A stretch of DNA of 64,000 nt from the NCBI GenBank assembly GCA_964247055.1, contig OZ176058.1, positions 1,488,001 to 1,552,000 of the forward strand, read 5' to 3'. The notes under the pieces were generated by a model that did no database searches, was not told the DNA's origin, and saw only the letters and a list, made by a program, of their open reading frames with translations. Of the stretch, positions 41,200 to 53,684 are shown in pieces. The position numbers were made by a program, and so were the translations under genes. The DNA comes from Paragordius varius. Lineage: Eukaryota; Animalia; Nematomorpha. The first letter of the stretch is position 1. Each line of letters begins with the position of its first letter.

Positions 41200-42838
41200 A
41201 AGGAAAATGAAGTGTTAGTATAAATATGTATAAAATTTGATATTTAATTGTAATCTAAAAATGATTTAGAGCCAAAAATTTTATTTCCATGGGAATTTTA
41301 TCCGTTTACGCGCCACACAATCGGTGTTCGATAGTAGTTTTATTCATATATATATATACATATATATTATTTTAATAACAGTTTCAACTATTGATAAATT
41401 ATGGCAATTTATTTCATTGTTTATTAATGTCCTAAATTGAAACAATATATAGATAACTGATAAAAATTATAGACGTGAAATTTACCTGCCATCTCTTTAT
41501 AAAAATCAACCCTATGAGTACTTTAATAAAACGATTGTACTACCACATTTTTATTCATAGAAGCAAATGGTAATAGGGTTTAATTAAATATAATAAAGTT
41601 GGCTTTTATATTTGTTTTTTTGTCATCCGATTTCAATACTAAATTTAAGGTTTAATTTTTTGCAATATATTGTCCCACCTCTAATTAAGCCGTGCTAGCA
41701 TTTTAGGCAAAACCACCGTTTAATAGCCTAAATCGACCAAATATCTATTATGTGAAGATCTGAAAAATTCTATAAATTCCAACCTGAGCTATGATACAGG
41801 GTGTTAAGGGTAAAAAGAATATGTACTTAGACATATCTAATACTAGATAAATGGAGAAGATCAGTAAATACCAAAATGAATTACTATGTTTCAGATTTCA
41901 CCGAATATTTTAGACTCGAATCTCATCTCTCACCTCTTAATTCAGATCCATATGATTTAGTTCAACCTGATCATACCCGATAGAAGAGCCTGGCTCTTAC
42001 ACTGCATGTATGGTGTGCCAAAATCAATGCTGAAACTCAGCAGTATTTCCATTACGACCGTCAGCTGTATGGAGAGTTTTAAAGGCTTTTACATGTCCTA
42101 GTGCAATTTAGTCTTTATCCTATATATTGAAAAAGAAATTCTAAACCGTTTATCTAAAATTTAAAGCACAATACCGAGGTCAAGTTTGTTGTAAGCATCC
42201 AAGCAAAGATTGATATGTCTTAGGACAATATCTGAGGCTGGAATAATCAGTTTTATATTAAACATTGAAAATAACCTTTAGTTTTTAATGTTACCGTTTG
42301 CCACTGGTAAAGATGTGATGAAATCTATCAGATTTGCACAGCTTTGATTGACAAGATATTACTTTATATTTATATAAGTAGTAAAATTAAACAATATAGC
42401 AATACATAATTATAAAGGTTTTTTTTTCAATTGTATACCGCAGTAAAAGTTATAAAAAAAGGTTTTTAAAAGTCATAAATTTAAACAAATTCAATTTATT
42501 GTAAAATGTTAATTGTTAACATCCACCGAAATTAGGTTTTATTTTTTACAAAAAAATCACTTAGACGGGTGAATAAAAAAATTACAAATCAAATAGATAA
42601 AATGTTATAAAATATGACAAACAAGTGATGAACTCACAATTTGTATTAAAATTTAGGAATATAAATTATAGCCAAAAATTATATATTCTAGGAAATTTTC
42701 AGATGATCTATCCATTGTATTCGGTAAATATGATGGATGGTAAATATTTTTAAATCGTATTAAAATTATGGACTTAGATATAACCCACCATCTCTATATT
42801 GATAGTCCCATGAATTTTTTGTCATTTTTTTAACATTA
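41200..42838 (+). pseudogene. More diverged copy of the head-to-tail relic chain, interrupted by Gypsy and resuming at 47328-48420
   Basis: Same block order. Knuckle remnant at 42053-42106 and (A)DDLS at about 42700. CATCAAATCCGTCATTACCG after the 3' LTR matches 33340-33358. Confidence 0.65.
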
Positions 42839-43126
42839 TGTTAAAAGGGTTATCATCATACGCAAATTATCCTTCATAGTGCATAATACACTTTGGTCCT
42901 TGTTACGTTAAAAATATATATTACCTTGGTTGTGAATGCAAATTATTTTATTTATACTTATTATCTAACAACGTTTAAACCACACAACTTTATCCTTGTG
43001 AATGCAATAACCAAATTTCCTAATGTATATAAGGAATCATTGTAACACACAGAACACATTATATTATATTATTCAGTTTTGATGTTATACTAAATAAATA
43101 AATATATCCTTTTTTTTTATATTAAC
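42839..43126 (+). repeat. 5' LTR
   Basis: Starts TGTTAAAAGGGTT. Near-identical to 47034-47327 (a few substitutions and small indels by eye). Confidence 0.95.
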
Positions 43127-43144
43127 TGGCGCGGCTATTCGAGG
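43127..43144 (+). promoter_or_regulatory. Putative primer-binding site
   Basis: TGGCGCGGCTATTCGAGG immediately after the 5' LTR. Cognate tRNA not identified. Confidence 0.6.
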
Positions 43145-43146
43145 CT

Positions 43147-44364
43147 ATGGAAAAAATTAATTTACCATGTTTTAATCCAAATGTTGAGTTTACAAATTAT
43201 ATTACATATATTAAACGCAATTTGGAGGTCAAGAATGTCGCAGCCACTGATGAAAATATGAAAGCATGTTTGTTGGCTTTCGAAGGGATCGAAAATATTA
43301 ATAAAATTGAAAATTATTTCTATCCACAAGAAATAGACGACATACCATTCCCAGATCTATTAAACGCCGGTATAAAAATCTTCTCCCCCTCAAGGAATAT
43401 TTTTTCGTCGCGTTTTGATTTAATTAAAATGAAGAGGGGGAGAATGGAAACGTTCACAGAATTCCTGTTAAGAGTTAAACAAATGGCCATCCACTGCCGG
43501 TTCTCGTCAAACATTGACGAGCACATCAGAGATGTATTCATCGCCGGGTTAGAGGAGTACGCCGTGGAAATGGAACTATTCACACGGTTCCCAGAAGCTT
43601 TAGAAAACGGGGCTCCCGTTTCTCTAAATACGGTGTTAAATATTGCCTTATCACATGAGAAGGCACGAGATGGACTAACGAATACAGAAGTGCTGTCCAT
43701 CAATATTGATAATGATAATAAAAGTAACAATAATAAGAACCACAGTAGTAATGGTGAAATAAACGAAATAGCCACACTTCACCAATCAAAAAGCAACCAT
43801 AGTAATAATAACCGACGAACCTGCACAAGTGGGACGACTCATACGTTGGGACATTGCCCTGCCTATGGGAAAGAATGTTATAGATGCCATCGTTCAAACC
43901 ACTTTGCTCGATGTTGTAAGGTAACGTTTAAAGCATATTCCCTTTTTAATAAGACAAAAAAAACCCAAATTATTCCTAAAATAAATAATTTTCCTATTGA
44001 AATGATATTTGATACGGGTGCCGATATTTCAATCATAAATTATAAAAACTGGTGCCGTCTAGGCAAGCCAGCACTAGATTTTGATAACAATAATATTTTC
44101 ATACATACACACAATAATAATCGTATAAAAACATTAGGTAAATGCAAATTACAGGTTGAATTAGATAAAAGAACGCACATTCTAGAGTGCTTTATTATAA
44201 ACAACAACTTACCATCAATATTTGGAATGGACTGGATAAAACAATTTAATTTAAAATTACCCAATCATGTAATAATAAATAACTTATCTTCATATGATAT
44301 ATATAACAAATTTAGCAAGGTAGAAGGGTGCCACTATCGTTACAAAGAGTGGAGGATGAGATAA
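43147..44364 (+). CDS. gag: Gag with CCHC zinc knuckle fused to aspartic protease
   Basis: CYRCHRSNHFARC knuckle and MIFDTGADISII protease motif. Confidence 0.9.
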   Translation: MEKINLPCFNPNVEFTNYITYIKRNLEVKNVAATDENMKACLLAFEGIENINKIENYFYPQEIDDIPFPDLLNAGIKIFSPSRNIFSSRFDLIKMKRGRMETFTEFLLRVKQMAIHCRFSSNIDEHIRDVFIAGLEEYAVEMELFTRFPEALENGAPVSLNTVLNIALSHEKARDGLTNTEVLSINIDNDNKSNNNKNHSSNGEINEIATLHQSKSNHSNNNRRTCTSGTTHTLGHCPAYGKECYRCHRSNHFARCCKVTFKAYSLFNKTKKTQIIPKINNFPIEMIFDTGADISIINYKNWCRLGKPALDFDNNNIFIHTHNNNRIKTLGKCKLQVELDKRTHILECFIINNNLPSIFGMDWIKQFNLKLPNHVIINNLSSYDIYNKFSKVEGCHYRYKEWRMR

Positions 44365-47022
44365 ATAGATTGGTAAAACTGGATATAATTGAGCCTGTTG
44401 ATCCAAAAAAGACTAGAATCGTTTGGTCCAGCCCTACTGTAAATATTTTAAAACCTAATAAAGAGCTTAGAATATGCGCGGATTTTAAAATAAGTATAAA
44501 TCCACACATAAAACCGCCGCAATACATAATCCCAACCTTTGACGACCTCATCTCAAAAATTTCCTTCGGCAAATCTTTCTTGACACTAGATTTGAAAGAC
44601 GCCTATTTTCAAATTCCAGTAGACCCAGATAGTCAGCACTTACTAACAATTTCGACACATAAGGGGTTTTATAGGTATAAACGATGCCTTTCGGGTATTG
44701 CGCCCCAAGCTTCTTTCAACAAATAATGGACGAGTTATTAAAAGATTGCGCAGGTACAGCCGTTTATTTAGATGACGTTATAGAGATAGGAGAAACCGAG
44801 ACAAAGCACAAGGACAACCTAATAAAGGTATTTACCAAATTGGAGACAATGGGATTAAAATTGCGCAAAGATAAAATAAAACATTTTCAACCATCTGTGG
44901 AATATCTTGGTCACATTATTTCTGAAAATTGCATTAAACCCTTCCCAAATAAAATTAAAGCCATCCAAGAGTGCCCGACCCCGACCAACAAAACCACTCT
45001 TAGATCATTTTTGGGTTTACTTAATTTTCATGCAAAATTCATCCCTTTCCTAAGCATTTTAATGGGAGAACTACATAAATTAGCAGGTAACAAACAAAAA
45101 TGGTGTTGGACGCTAACGCATGATTCGATATTCAAAAAAGCTACAGACTTGATCTGCCAGAGTAGTTCCTTGCATCCGTATAATCCCAAACTACCTATAG
45201 TCTTGGAAACCGACGCGTCAATGTCGGGATACGGTGCTATTTTATCACATAGAACTACAGCGGGTAATCGCCCGATCGCCTACACGTCAAAAAAATGCTC
45301 TCAGGCTGAAGGAAACTATTCAGTAATTGAGCGAGAAGCAAAATCTATCCTAATAGCGTTAAGGAAGTTTAAAACCTTTTTGTATGGCAGTAATACAAAC
45401 GGACCACAAACCTCTAATGAAACTATTTGGGCCTCAAAGAGATGTAAGTAAAATTAATAATTGTAAACTAGTACGCTGGATAACTAGAACATCGGTATTC
45501 GATTTTAACATAGAATATCACCCTGGTACAGAAAACATAGCTGACTGCCTATCGAGACCTCCCATAAAAACCAGGAGCCGATGGCGTTTGAAAAAGATGA
45601 TGAAAATAGCAATGTTCATTTGATTTGGTCCAACGAATTAAATTTAAATAGAGAAATTATCTATCAAGAGTCTATGAAGGATCCTACTATAGCAAAATTA
45701 AAAGTAGCCCTAAGGTCTAATAATTGGACGGACCCCCTGGTCAAGCCTTTCATAGCAATAAAAAATGAAATTGAGGATGCATACGGTCTATTATTTGTGG
45801 GAGATCGGGTAATAATCCCGAACAAAATTAAGCCAGATATTTTAAGATGCCTGCATAGTGGCCATGCGGGAATACAAGCCGTGAAACTATTAAGCCGTGA
45901 AAAGGTTTATTGGCCCGGGTTGAGCCAAGATATCGATAAATGGGTGCGTAGTTGCCAAAACTGTCAAAGGCTGCGCCCAAATGTACCCGAAAATCCCACC
46001 TATCAATGGAACGGGAATACAACCATATGGGAACGGCTCCACCTAGATATCGCTGGCCATTGACAATTTATATTGGGTGGTACTAATCGATCATTGCACC
46101 CGCTGGGTGGAGGTAGAAACGTTACGTTCTGTGAATACCGGTAATATCCTTAAGTTTTTAGAAACCTGTTTTTGCCGGTATGGGTACCCAAAAGTGGTGG
46201 TTACTGATAACGGCTCTTATTTTAAATCGGGGGAGTTTGAGAGAACTTTAGCTTCCTCTAATATAAAACACGTAACATCAGCTCCCTACCACCCCCGAAC
46301 AAATGGGTTGGTAGAGAGGGTAATTTACACTCTAAAAAATCATTATTCAATGTCAACCCCACTTTCCGCAGACCTTTCCGCAGACCCAGTACGAAGATTA
46401 AACCAAATCTTATGGGCTTATCGAAACACGCATCACAGTTCTACGAAGGAGACCCCCGCGCATTTGTTTTTAAAAAGAACTATGCAAAGCCCATTAACAT
46501 GGATGAAAACGAAACCCAACGAATTCATGGATACTCCCGACATTCCGCAGGAGTTTGAAAAGGGGCAAAAAGTATATTCAAGAATGAATTGTGTTCTGGT
46601 TGGAGGGAGGGACAAATCGTCGACAGAACGGGTTGGTTATCGTACAATGTCAACGACAATGGCAAATTATCCGCAAACATGCTGATCAATTAAGGAATCG
46701 CATGGATTGGTCGGCCGAGGGAGAAGACGGGAGAAGTGAGGAAAAGACTAAAAACTCAAACAACAACTTAAACAACAATGATAATAACAGTGAGGAAAAG
46801 ACTAAAAACTTAACCAACAACTTAAACAACAATGATAATAACCTCCGAAAACATCGCACGGAACATGAAATAAGAACCCCTGAAAACATCGAGGAGAATC
46901 CGGAATCAGAAAGTGCGCCTTCAAGTGAGAATACAGCCGTGCAAACAAGTGACACTTCTCCTACTACAACTCGCCGGTACCCGATTAGATCCCGAAAGCC
47001 ACCCGACCGATATCAAGCTTAA
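44328..47022 (+). pseudogene. pol: Disrupted pol: RT, RNase H and integrase
   Basis: LDLKDAYFQIP, YLDD, ETDAS..GAIL, HSGH..CQNC, DNGSYF and NGLVER, spread over six ORFs separated by frameshifts and one stop (46061-46063). Confidence 0.93.
46735..46842 (+). repeat. In-frame 54-bp tandem duplication in the integrase tail
   Basis: SEEKTKNSNNNLNNNDNN / SEEKTKNLTNNLNNNDNN. Confidence 0.9.
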
Positions 47023-47031
47023 GGAAGAAGG
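47021..47031 (+). promoter_or_regulatory. Polypurine tract
   Basis: AAGGAAGAAGG, 2 nt before the 3' LTR. Confidence 0.85.
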
Positions 47032-47033
47032 TT

Positions 47034-47327
47034 TGTTAAAAGGGTTATCATCATACGCAAATTATCCTTCTCTTTTTTAGTGCATAATACACTTTGGTCC
47101 TTGTTACGTTAAAAATATATATTACCTTGGTTGTGAATGCAAATTATTTTATTTATACTTATTATCTTTAACAACGTTTAAACCACACAACTTTATCCTT
47201 GTGAATGCAATAACCAAATTTCCTAATGTATATAAGGAATCATTCTAACACACAGAACACATTATATTATATTATTTAGTTTTGATGTTATACTAAGTAA
47301 ATAAATATATCCTTTTTTTATATTACA
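47034..47327 (+). repeat. 3' LTR
   Basis: TGTTAAAAGGG...TATTACA. Confidence 0.95.
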
Positions 47328-48993
47328 TTATATAATGGTATTTTTCATCAAATCCGTCATTACCGCTAGAACGATATAAAAAAATATACCAAAAAGATAA
47401 TATTTTAATTTTTACGGTAAAAAACAGTTTTATTTTTTAGAAAAAGTTTAGTAAGATAAACATTTATATCATATCCTTCATAAAAATTAATTAGCTGATA
47501 TAATATTGTTAGGAAAATGACTGTATTAAAACGTCAATATAATTTGGGATTATAAATGAATTTTTAATCTTATATTATATTTAGTTTCAAATATTTTGAA
47601 TTATTTGAATTTTTATTTATTAATATTAGTGCCAATTTAATTTTTTAACGGTATTATATAATTTTGGGTTTACGTTCACGGTGTGCTTTAAACTTTTAAT
47701 TTAAATATTTTTATCAACCCAATTGATAGAGATAGAGCCAAAATCAAAAGAGTATGTATCGTGTCCAACACAAATATTTTCGCGGCTGCTTAGAAAATTT
47801 TTGGTTTTTTAATTAGTTTGTGGGCAATTACACATATCTTTTGAAAAATTGTAAATTTTTGATTTTATCCAAATTTTAATTTTTCTGACATTTTAGAGAG
47901 CACTTTTGCTTACCGTTGAAAATCCCTCTTTTGAGCCATATACTTAGAATTTTTATCCATTAATAATATATAATTTAAAGCAATTTTAACTCAGTAATGT
48001 CCAACACGTGGCCCAGATTTATTGTGCGGCCCACATGAATTCAAAATTTAGACAAAAAAATACAAAATTTTCGTTATTTAAAGATCTTGATGAAATGGAT
48101 ATTTTAAACATATTCACCAAATAATATCTTGCTAATTTTGGCGAATTAGGGAAAATTAATATAATGTATGGTCAAATAATGTCCCTATATTCATAAATAT
48201 TTGGTCTATATCTATGTATTTCACAAAATACCAAATATAAATTTAATTGTGCGCTTTCTTTAAAGTGAATTTTTTTATTAAGAAGTTTTACTGATTTAAA
48301 TTTTGTTGGGAAAAAATTTGCCCCCGGTCATCGGTTATTTTAATAATTACATTGAAATAATAACCTTAAATTCAAATAGAAAATTAATAAAATATAAAAT
48401 AATACACAAAAACAATAAATAGGCTTTTTCGCAAAAGAAATGGATTTCTTATGTTCTGAATTAATTTTTTATTTGTAAATTATTTTATAATTTAAAAAGT
48501 AAGAACTACAATAATATTTTAATGTTTTTTGGATTACTTTAATAAAAGCAGTTTTTACATAATTGGGAACTTCAGATATTTATGTATTATAATACGTTTA
48601 AACTAAATATGAATATATTATTAATAATTAAAATTAAAAGCAAAATATTATGCAATTTTTTTCATGAAGGTTTAAGAATCAGGCATTTTCGTACTGCGGC
48701 TCATGGTTATGTAAAATAAGCCTTATGAAAATAATGTGTATGAAAGGAAACTATTAATGTTAAAAAACATTTATTCTTAATTTTACAAATATCCAACAAT
48801 AAGCTATTATCGGTTAGTACGTAAGGAAAAAATATACAAGTTTTAGGCATTATAAGACTATATAAAATGATAAACTAAAGAATGATTGGTAATGGTAAAT
48901 GTTATGTATTTGAGGATTTCAAACAAATGGGTAAGATTAACTTAATAAATAGATGGCGGTAATTTAAACACATGATAAAATAAAAGCCAATCA
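47328..48993. pseudogene. Family c/a relic (plus, to about 48420) and start of a minus-strand RT core split by the DNA transposon
   Basis: Direct homologue of 36820-38300. The core resumes at 56265. Confidence 0.55.
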
Positions 48994-49183
48994 CACTGTG
49001 CAACAAATTTTATCCTTTTCTTTTAGACTAGAGTGAAAATTACGACATCTTATAGTGAATTTTTTTCTGAAAATAATGATATATTTAATATTTTCCTATC
49101 TCTTTTTCACGAGCCGCTAAAAGGTTTTAAAAATCCAAAAACCATCAAAAATGCCTGTTTTTGTAACCCTATAATTTTTTGAG

Positions 49184-50284
49184 TAAATGTTAATTTTTAA
49201 TATCAAGAATTATTTTTTAATCCATGTGGCAATTTTTTATCCTTTTAAAAGTTGTTTTACAAGCATATAAAATTACATATATATTTAAATGTACTTACAT
49301 GTCCCTTTTCGGTACACATATATTAACATTGCAATTATATTATAACATTGCAATATGTTCCTCTTCTCGCTACATTTATTATTTGAGAAATGGTAACATC
49401 GCATATGGGTTTTGCCTACTTTGATAAATATTTAGGTTTGATATAACATTTTTGATAAATATTTAGGTTTGATATAACATTTTTTATAAAATTAGGTATT
49501 AATCAGTATGTTATCTGTTGAGCATACCTTGATTTTTAATTTATAATTTTATATATTTTTTTTATAATAAATATTAAGTTTCTATTATTTTGTCAAAAAG
49601 AAATTTAAAATAAATTTATAGTTTTTGTGAAGAAGATAGTATAGATGAAAGTTTGCCATCAACATTAGATTCAAACTATGGCACATTAATAACCCAGACT
49701 CCAGAGATCAAAAAAAGTCAGGAAAAATGCCATTTCAATGTGGAAGAATTGATTGAAAACTTAACTCAAATTCTTGAAAATATTCAGCACATTCATTTTA
49801 AGTATTATGAGCACACCAAAAAAATGTCAAAAATATTTGCTTAAATAAATTACCACTTGTAAAATAATTAATTATAAATGGTATTATTTTACCATTTTTC
49901 GTGACATTTCTCAGTTTTCAATTTAGGTGATATAGTGTTTTCAAAAAAAGTCAGCAATATCAAATTAATATTTAAATTTGTATAATACAGTTTTATTACG
50001 CACATAAGCGATTTATATGTTAATTTCAAATATCTTTTTTTATAGTCTTTTCTGAAATATTTTTTAATTAATTATTAAAAACTTAATTTTTTATAAAAAA
50101 AATTATATATAAAACTTAAAAAATTATTTAATGAAGTAGGCACAACACATATGCAATGTTACCATTTCTATAATAAAATATGTAGCGAAAAGGGGAACAT
50201 ATTGCAATGTTAATATATCTCTCATATATGTGTACCGAATGCCACATGGATTAAAAAAAAAATTATTGATATTAATAACATTTA
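49184..50284. mobile_element. About 1.1-kb foldback/MITE inserted in the left TIR
   Basis: About 240-bp imperfect TIRs starting TAAATGTTA / TAACATTTA. Absent from the right TIR. Confidence 0.75.
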
Positions 50285-50634
50285 ATGTATATTTTTTGGG
50301 GGGATATTACAAATTATATTTTAAAATTCATGTAACATTTTAAAATTTTTAAAAGTCTCTACTACTTTTTGATTTATTTGGAAAAAACGAAACTAAGCTC
50401 CAAAAAAATAGCGTTTCAAAACAATGAAAAATTAAGAGACATACTGGCATCATTTGATTGACAGCTTTTCATTATACATTACTAAAATAATAAAATTTAA
50501 TTGCTTTTTTATAAATATAAAAAATAATATATATATTTAATAAGTTGAGTGGGTGACGACGAAGTGTTGTTAAATAAGATTCGTGTGTTAACGTCGTGTG
50601 AATAATGAAAGAAAATAAAAATAAATTTATTATA

Positions 50635-50671
50635 GACTCAAATTTTCGCTCAATGGCATCATCAGGAGTTG
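50635..50671 (-). ncRNA. Putative minimal hammerhead ribozyme (inverted arm copy)
   Basis: ACTC-CTGATGA-TGCCATTGAGC-GAA-AATT-T-GAGT on the minus strand. Confidence 0.55.
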
Positions 50672-50889
50672 TTAAAAGAAAAAACTTAAAATAAAGTATA
50701 ACCAAGAAAAAAATATAAAATGAAATTAAATATGAGACAAATCAATGCTTATAAATTGATATAATAGACAAAGGAAAGTAACATAAAAGAAAACCGTTAT
50801 AATCTTGAGCGCATGTGCAATATATTTTTTATAAGAACATAAATATATCTACATTAGACAAAACAAACAAATTATAAAAAATAAAAAAT

Positions 50890-51491
50890 TTAAGTAATAT
50901 CAATGCTGTATAAAGTTTTTGGAATAAAAATACTATGGTTTTTTATAAAAATTTTGGTTTGTGGGTGAATCTCTCTTTTCTCTTCTCGCCTATTAAGAAG
51001 TTCATGTTCTGAGCTCTGTATGTATAAGGCTTCCTTTGTCAGTCTAGACTTTAGTTTCTTCTCGATGCCCAAGATATTTATTGTTGTAGAACAACGGTGA
51101 TCATTGTCTAAGCAATGTAAGAACATGGCTGAATTCTTGCACCTTAGGTGTTCTTTGTACCTCAATTTTATGTTGCGTTTTGACTGGCCTATATATTTGG
51201 CAGGACAGTCACTACAATTCAATCTGTATATTGTGTTTTCCAGCTCGACATCGCGAGTTCTCAACATAGTGAGAACGTTCGCAGTAGGTTTGTAGTAAAC
51301 CTTTAAATTCTTTTTCCTTTTTAAAATTTTGCCTAGACTGGTAGAAAATCCGCTGTAAGGAAGGCAAACATTGCGAACAATTGGGATACTAGATGATTGC
51401 GATTCATTATGACAAGTGATCGGTGTTGCAGTGTGCTCTGTGTCATTAATAGGATTGATCGATGCTGATGTATTTTTGTTTTTTAGGACTG
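50890..51491 (-). pseudogene. Inverted duplicate of the GIY-YIG endonuclease region
   Basis: Translation identical to the C-terminal part of 52149-52835. Confidence 0.9.
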
Positions 51492-52835
51492 ATTCATTTG
51501 ATCTGACACAAAAAATTCGGAACTTAATGATAACAGAGGAAGATAAATTATCATCGTTTGATGTAACATCACTATACACGAGTATACCTCTTGACTGGGC
51601 AGAAAATATTCTAAAGGAATTCGTTTACAAACATAGAGACTATTTTGAAAAGCATCTCCACATCAATTCATGCGTTCTCTTAATCCAAACAGTTTTGCAC
51701 AACAACTATTTCTCCTTTAAAGGTGAATATTATAAACAAAAAAACGGAACCCCTATGGGTAGCAGCTTCTCTTCAGTCATGGGTGAGTTGTGCCTCAGAC
51801 ACATTGAAAAAAGCGTTTTGGCAAACAACGAAATAAAATTTTACAAGAGATATGTTGATGACATCTTAATAATAGATTCAGAAATTAACCAAAATAAATT
51901 ATTTATAGCCCTAAACAACGAATCGGAATTAAAATTTACAAAAGAAGAGGAAGTCGACACCTTTTTTAGACATTGTCATATCTAAAATCCGCAATGACAA
52001 CCAGATATGCATAACCACCAAAGTTCATTATGAAAAATTATTTAATTTCAGCTTCCTATCATTAGAATCTAATCACCCGCCATCCACATACAAAGCCATA
52101 GTATCTAGCTACATAAAGCGTACACTCCTGCTACCAAACACATTAGAAATGCAGATAAAACAGACAGGTGAAGTCGTACAATATCTGCTACGCCAGGGTT
52201 ACCACCAGGAATGGATTACGTCGGCCGTTAACGCAGTCCTAAAAAACAAAAATACATCAGCATCGATCAATCCTATTAATGACACAGAGCACACTGCAAC
52301 ACCGATCACTTGTCATAATGAATCGCAATCATCTAGTATCCCAATTGTTCGCAATGTTTGCCTTCCTTACAGCGGATTTTCTACCAGTCTAGGCAAAATT
52401 TTAAAAAGGAAAAAGAATTTAAAGGTTTACTACAAACCTACTGCGAACGTTCTCACTATGTTGAGAACTCGCGATGTCGAGCTGGAAAACACAATATACA
52501 GATTGAATTGTAGTGACTGTCCTGCCAAATATATAGGCCAGTCAAAACGCAACATAAAATTGAGGTACAAAGAACACCTAAGGTGCAAGAATTCAGCCAT
52601 GTTCTTACATTGCTTAGACAATGATCACCGTTGTTCTACAACAATAAATATCTTGGGCATCGAGAAGAAACTAAAGTCTAGACTGACAAAGGAAGCCTTA
52701 TACATACAGAGCTCAGAACATGAACTTCTTAATAGGCGAGAAGAGAAAAGAGAGATTCACCCACAAACCAAAATTTTTATAAAAAACCATAGTATTTTTA
52801 TTCCAAAAACTTTATACAGCATTGATATTACTTAA
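51492..52835 (+). pseudogene. PLE reverse transcriptase plus GIY-YIG endonuclease (truncated, frameshifted)
   Basis: SFDVTSLYTSIP, QKNGTPMGS, KRYVDDILI, then IYRLNCSDCPAKYIGQSKRNIKLRYKEH. Confidence 0.92.
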
Positions 52836-53053
52836 ATTTTTTATTTTTTATAATTTGTTTGTTTTGTCTAATGTAGATATATTTATGTTCTTATAAAAAA
52901 TATATTGCACATGCGCTCAAGATTATAACGGTTTTCTTTTATGTTACTTTCCTTTGTCTATTATATCAATTTATAAGCATTGATTTGTCTCATATTTAAT
53001 TTCATTTTATATTTTTTTCTTGGTTATACTTTATTTTAAGTTTTTTCTTTTAA

Positions 53054-53090
53054 CAACTCCTGATGATGCCATTGGGGGAAAATTTGAGTC
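53054..53090 (+). ncRNA. Putative minimal hammerhead ribozyme in the PLE 3' region
   Basis: ACTC-CTGATGA-TGCCATTGGGG-GAA-AATT-T-GAGT: core boxes, stem I ACTC/GAGT and palindromic AATT stem III, as in dimeric PLE hammerheads. Confidence 0.55.
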
Positions 53091-53684
53091 TATAATAAAT
53101 TTATTTTTATTTTCTTTCATTATTCACACGACGTTAACACACGAATATATATTTAATGTTTTAATAATAAATTAAATATTAAAATGGTAATATTTTTAAA
53201 TTTATTAATGTTAATGAATAATAAACTCTGTGTGTGAATTAATATTATATGATTTTTAGTAATATTTCAATTATGTTATTATATATTTTTGTTATTAATT
53301 TTAAAGTAAATTTATTTATTTTAAACTACTAATTTTTAAAAAATTTAATACAGAAATGATTTCAAAATTATAATATTTATTATATTTTTAAATAAGACAC
53401 AATATACGAATATATTTATTATGTAAATTGATACTTGTTACATATTAATTGCATATATCAAATTTAAATTGTGTTTAACCATATAAAATGCATAAAAATA
53501 TTTATTAGGAAAATTGATAAATGTTACATATTAAATGCATCAACATATCATAATTTATCACATGTTAAATAAAATAAATGCATTAATTTATAAATTTGTA
53601 TCAGATATTATATCATTATATATTATACAAATATGAAAATTATTTTAAAAAGAAACATTTTTTTGTAATTTTTTAGTTTATGAT

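Larger units (their letters stand above)
42839..47327 (+). mobile_element. Ty3/Gypsy LTR retrotransposon (Mag-like), full length but disrupted
   Basis: Paired LTRs of about 290 bp, PBS-like TGG, PPT, and gag-PR-RT-RH-INT order. CATTA occurs at 42834-42838 and 47326-47330 (candidate TSD overlapping the terminal CA). Confidence 0.97.
50579..53146 (+). mobile_element. 5'-truncated Penelope-like element with inverted 3' segment (913-bp arms)
   Basis: Arms 50579-51491 and 52234-53146 are reverse complements with inner boundary GGACTG/CAGTCC. The spacer holds the RT core. Confidence 0.93.

Noticed and set aside
1-42000. Tandem family of multi-exon membrane-protein (chemoreceptor-like) genes
   Set aside because: Hydrophobic translations are an AT-richness artefact. 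Indels break frames at random, no consistent splice sites were seen, and the opposite strand carries RT and knuckle motifs.
1-42000. Alternative genetic code (TAA/TAG as sense) to explain the lack of ORFs
   Set aside because: Frameshifting indels, not only stops, disrupt the copies. The 405-codon Gypsy gag-protease ORF is open in the standard code with no TAA/TAG.
4021-48960. Recurrent AATAAATAGATGGC(G/A)G motif as CTCF or YY1/PHO binding sites or promoters
   Set aside because: It always lies about 170 nt from a YADD motif on the opposite strand and is the antisense of the RT domain-7 region, so it is explained by common descent.
51416-51579. N-terminal extensions of ORFs 51416-51985 (+) and 50890-51579 (-) as real protein starts
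   Set aside because: They are chimeric read-through across the inversion junction at 51491 and are the antisense of the other segment.
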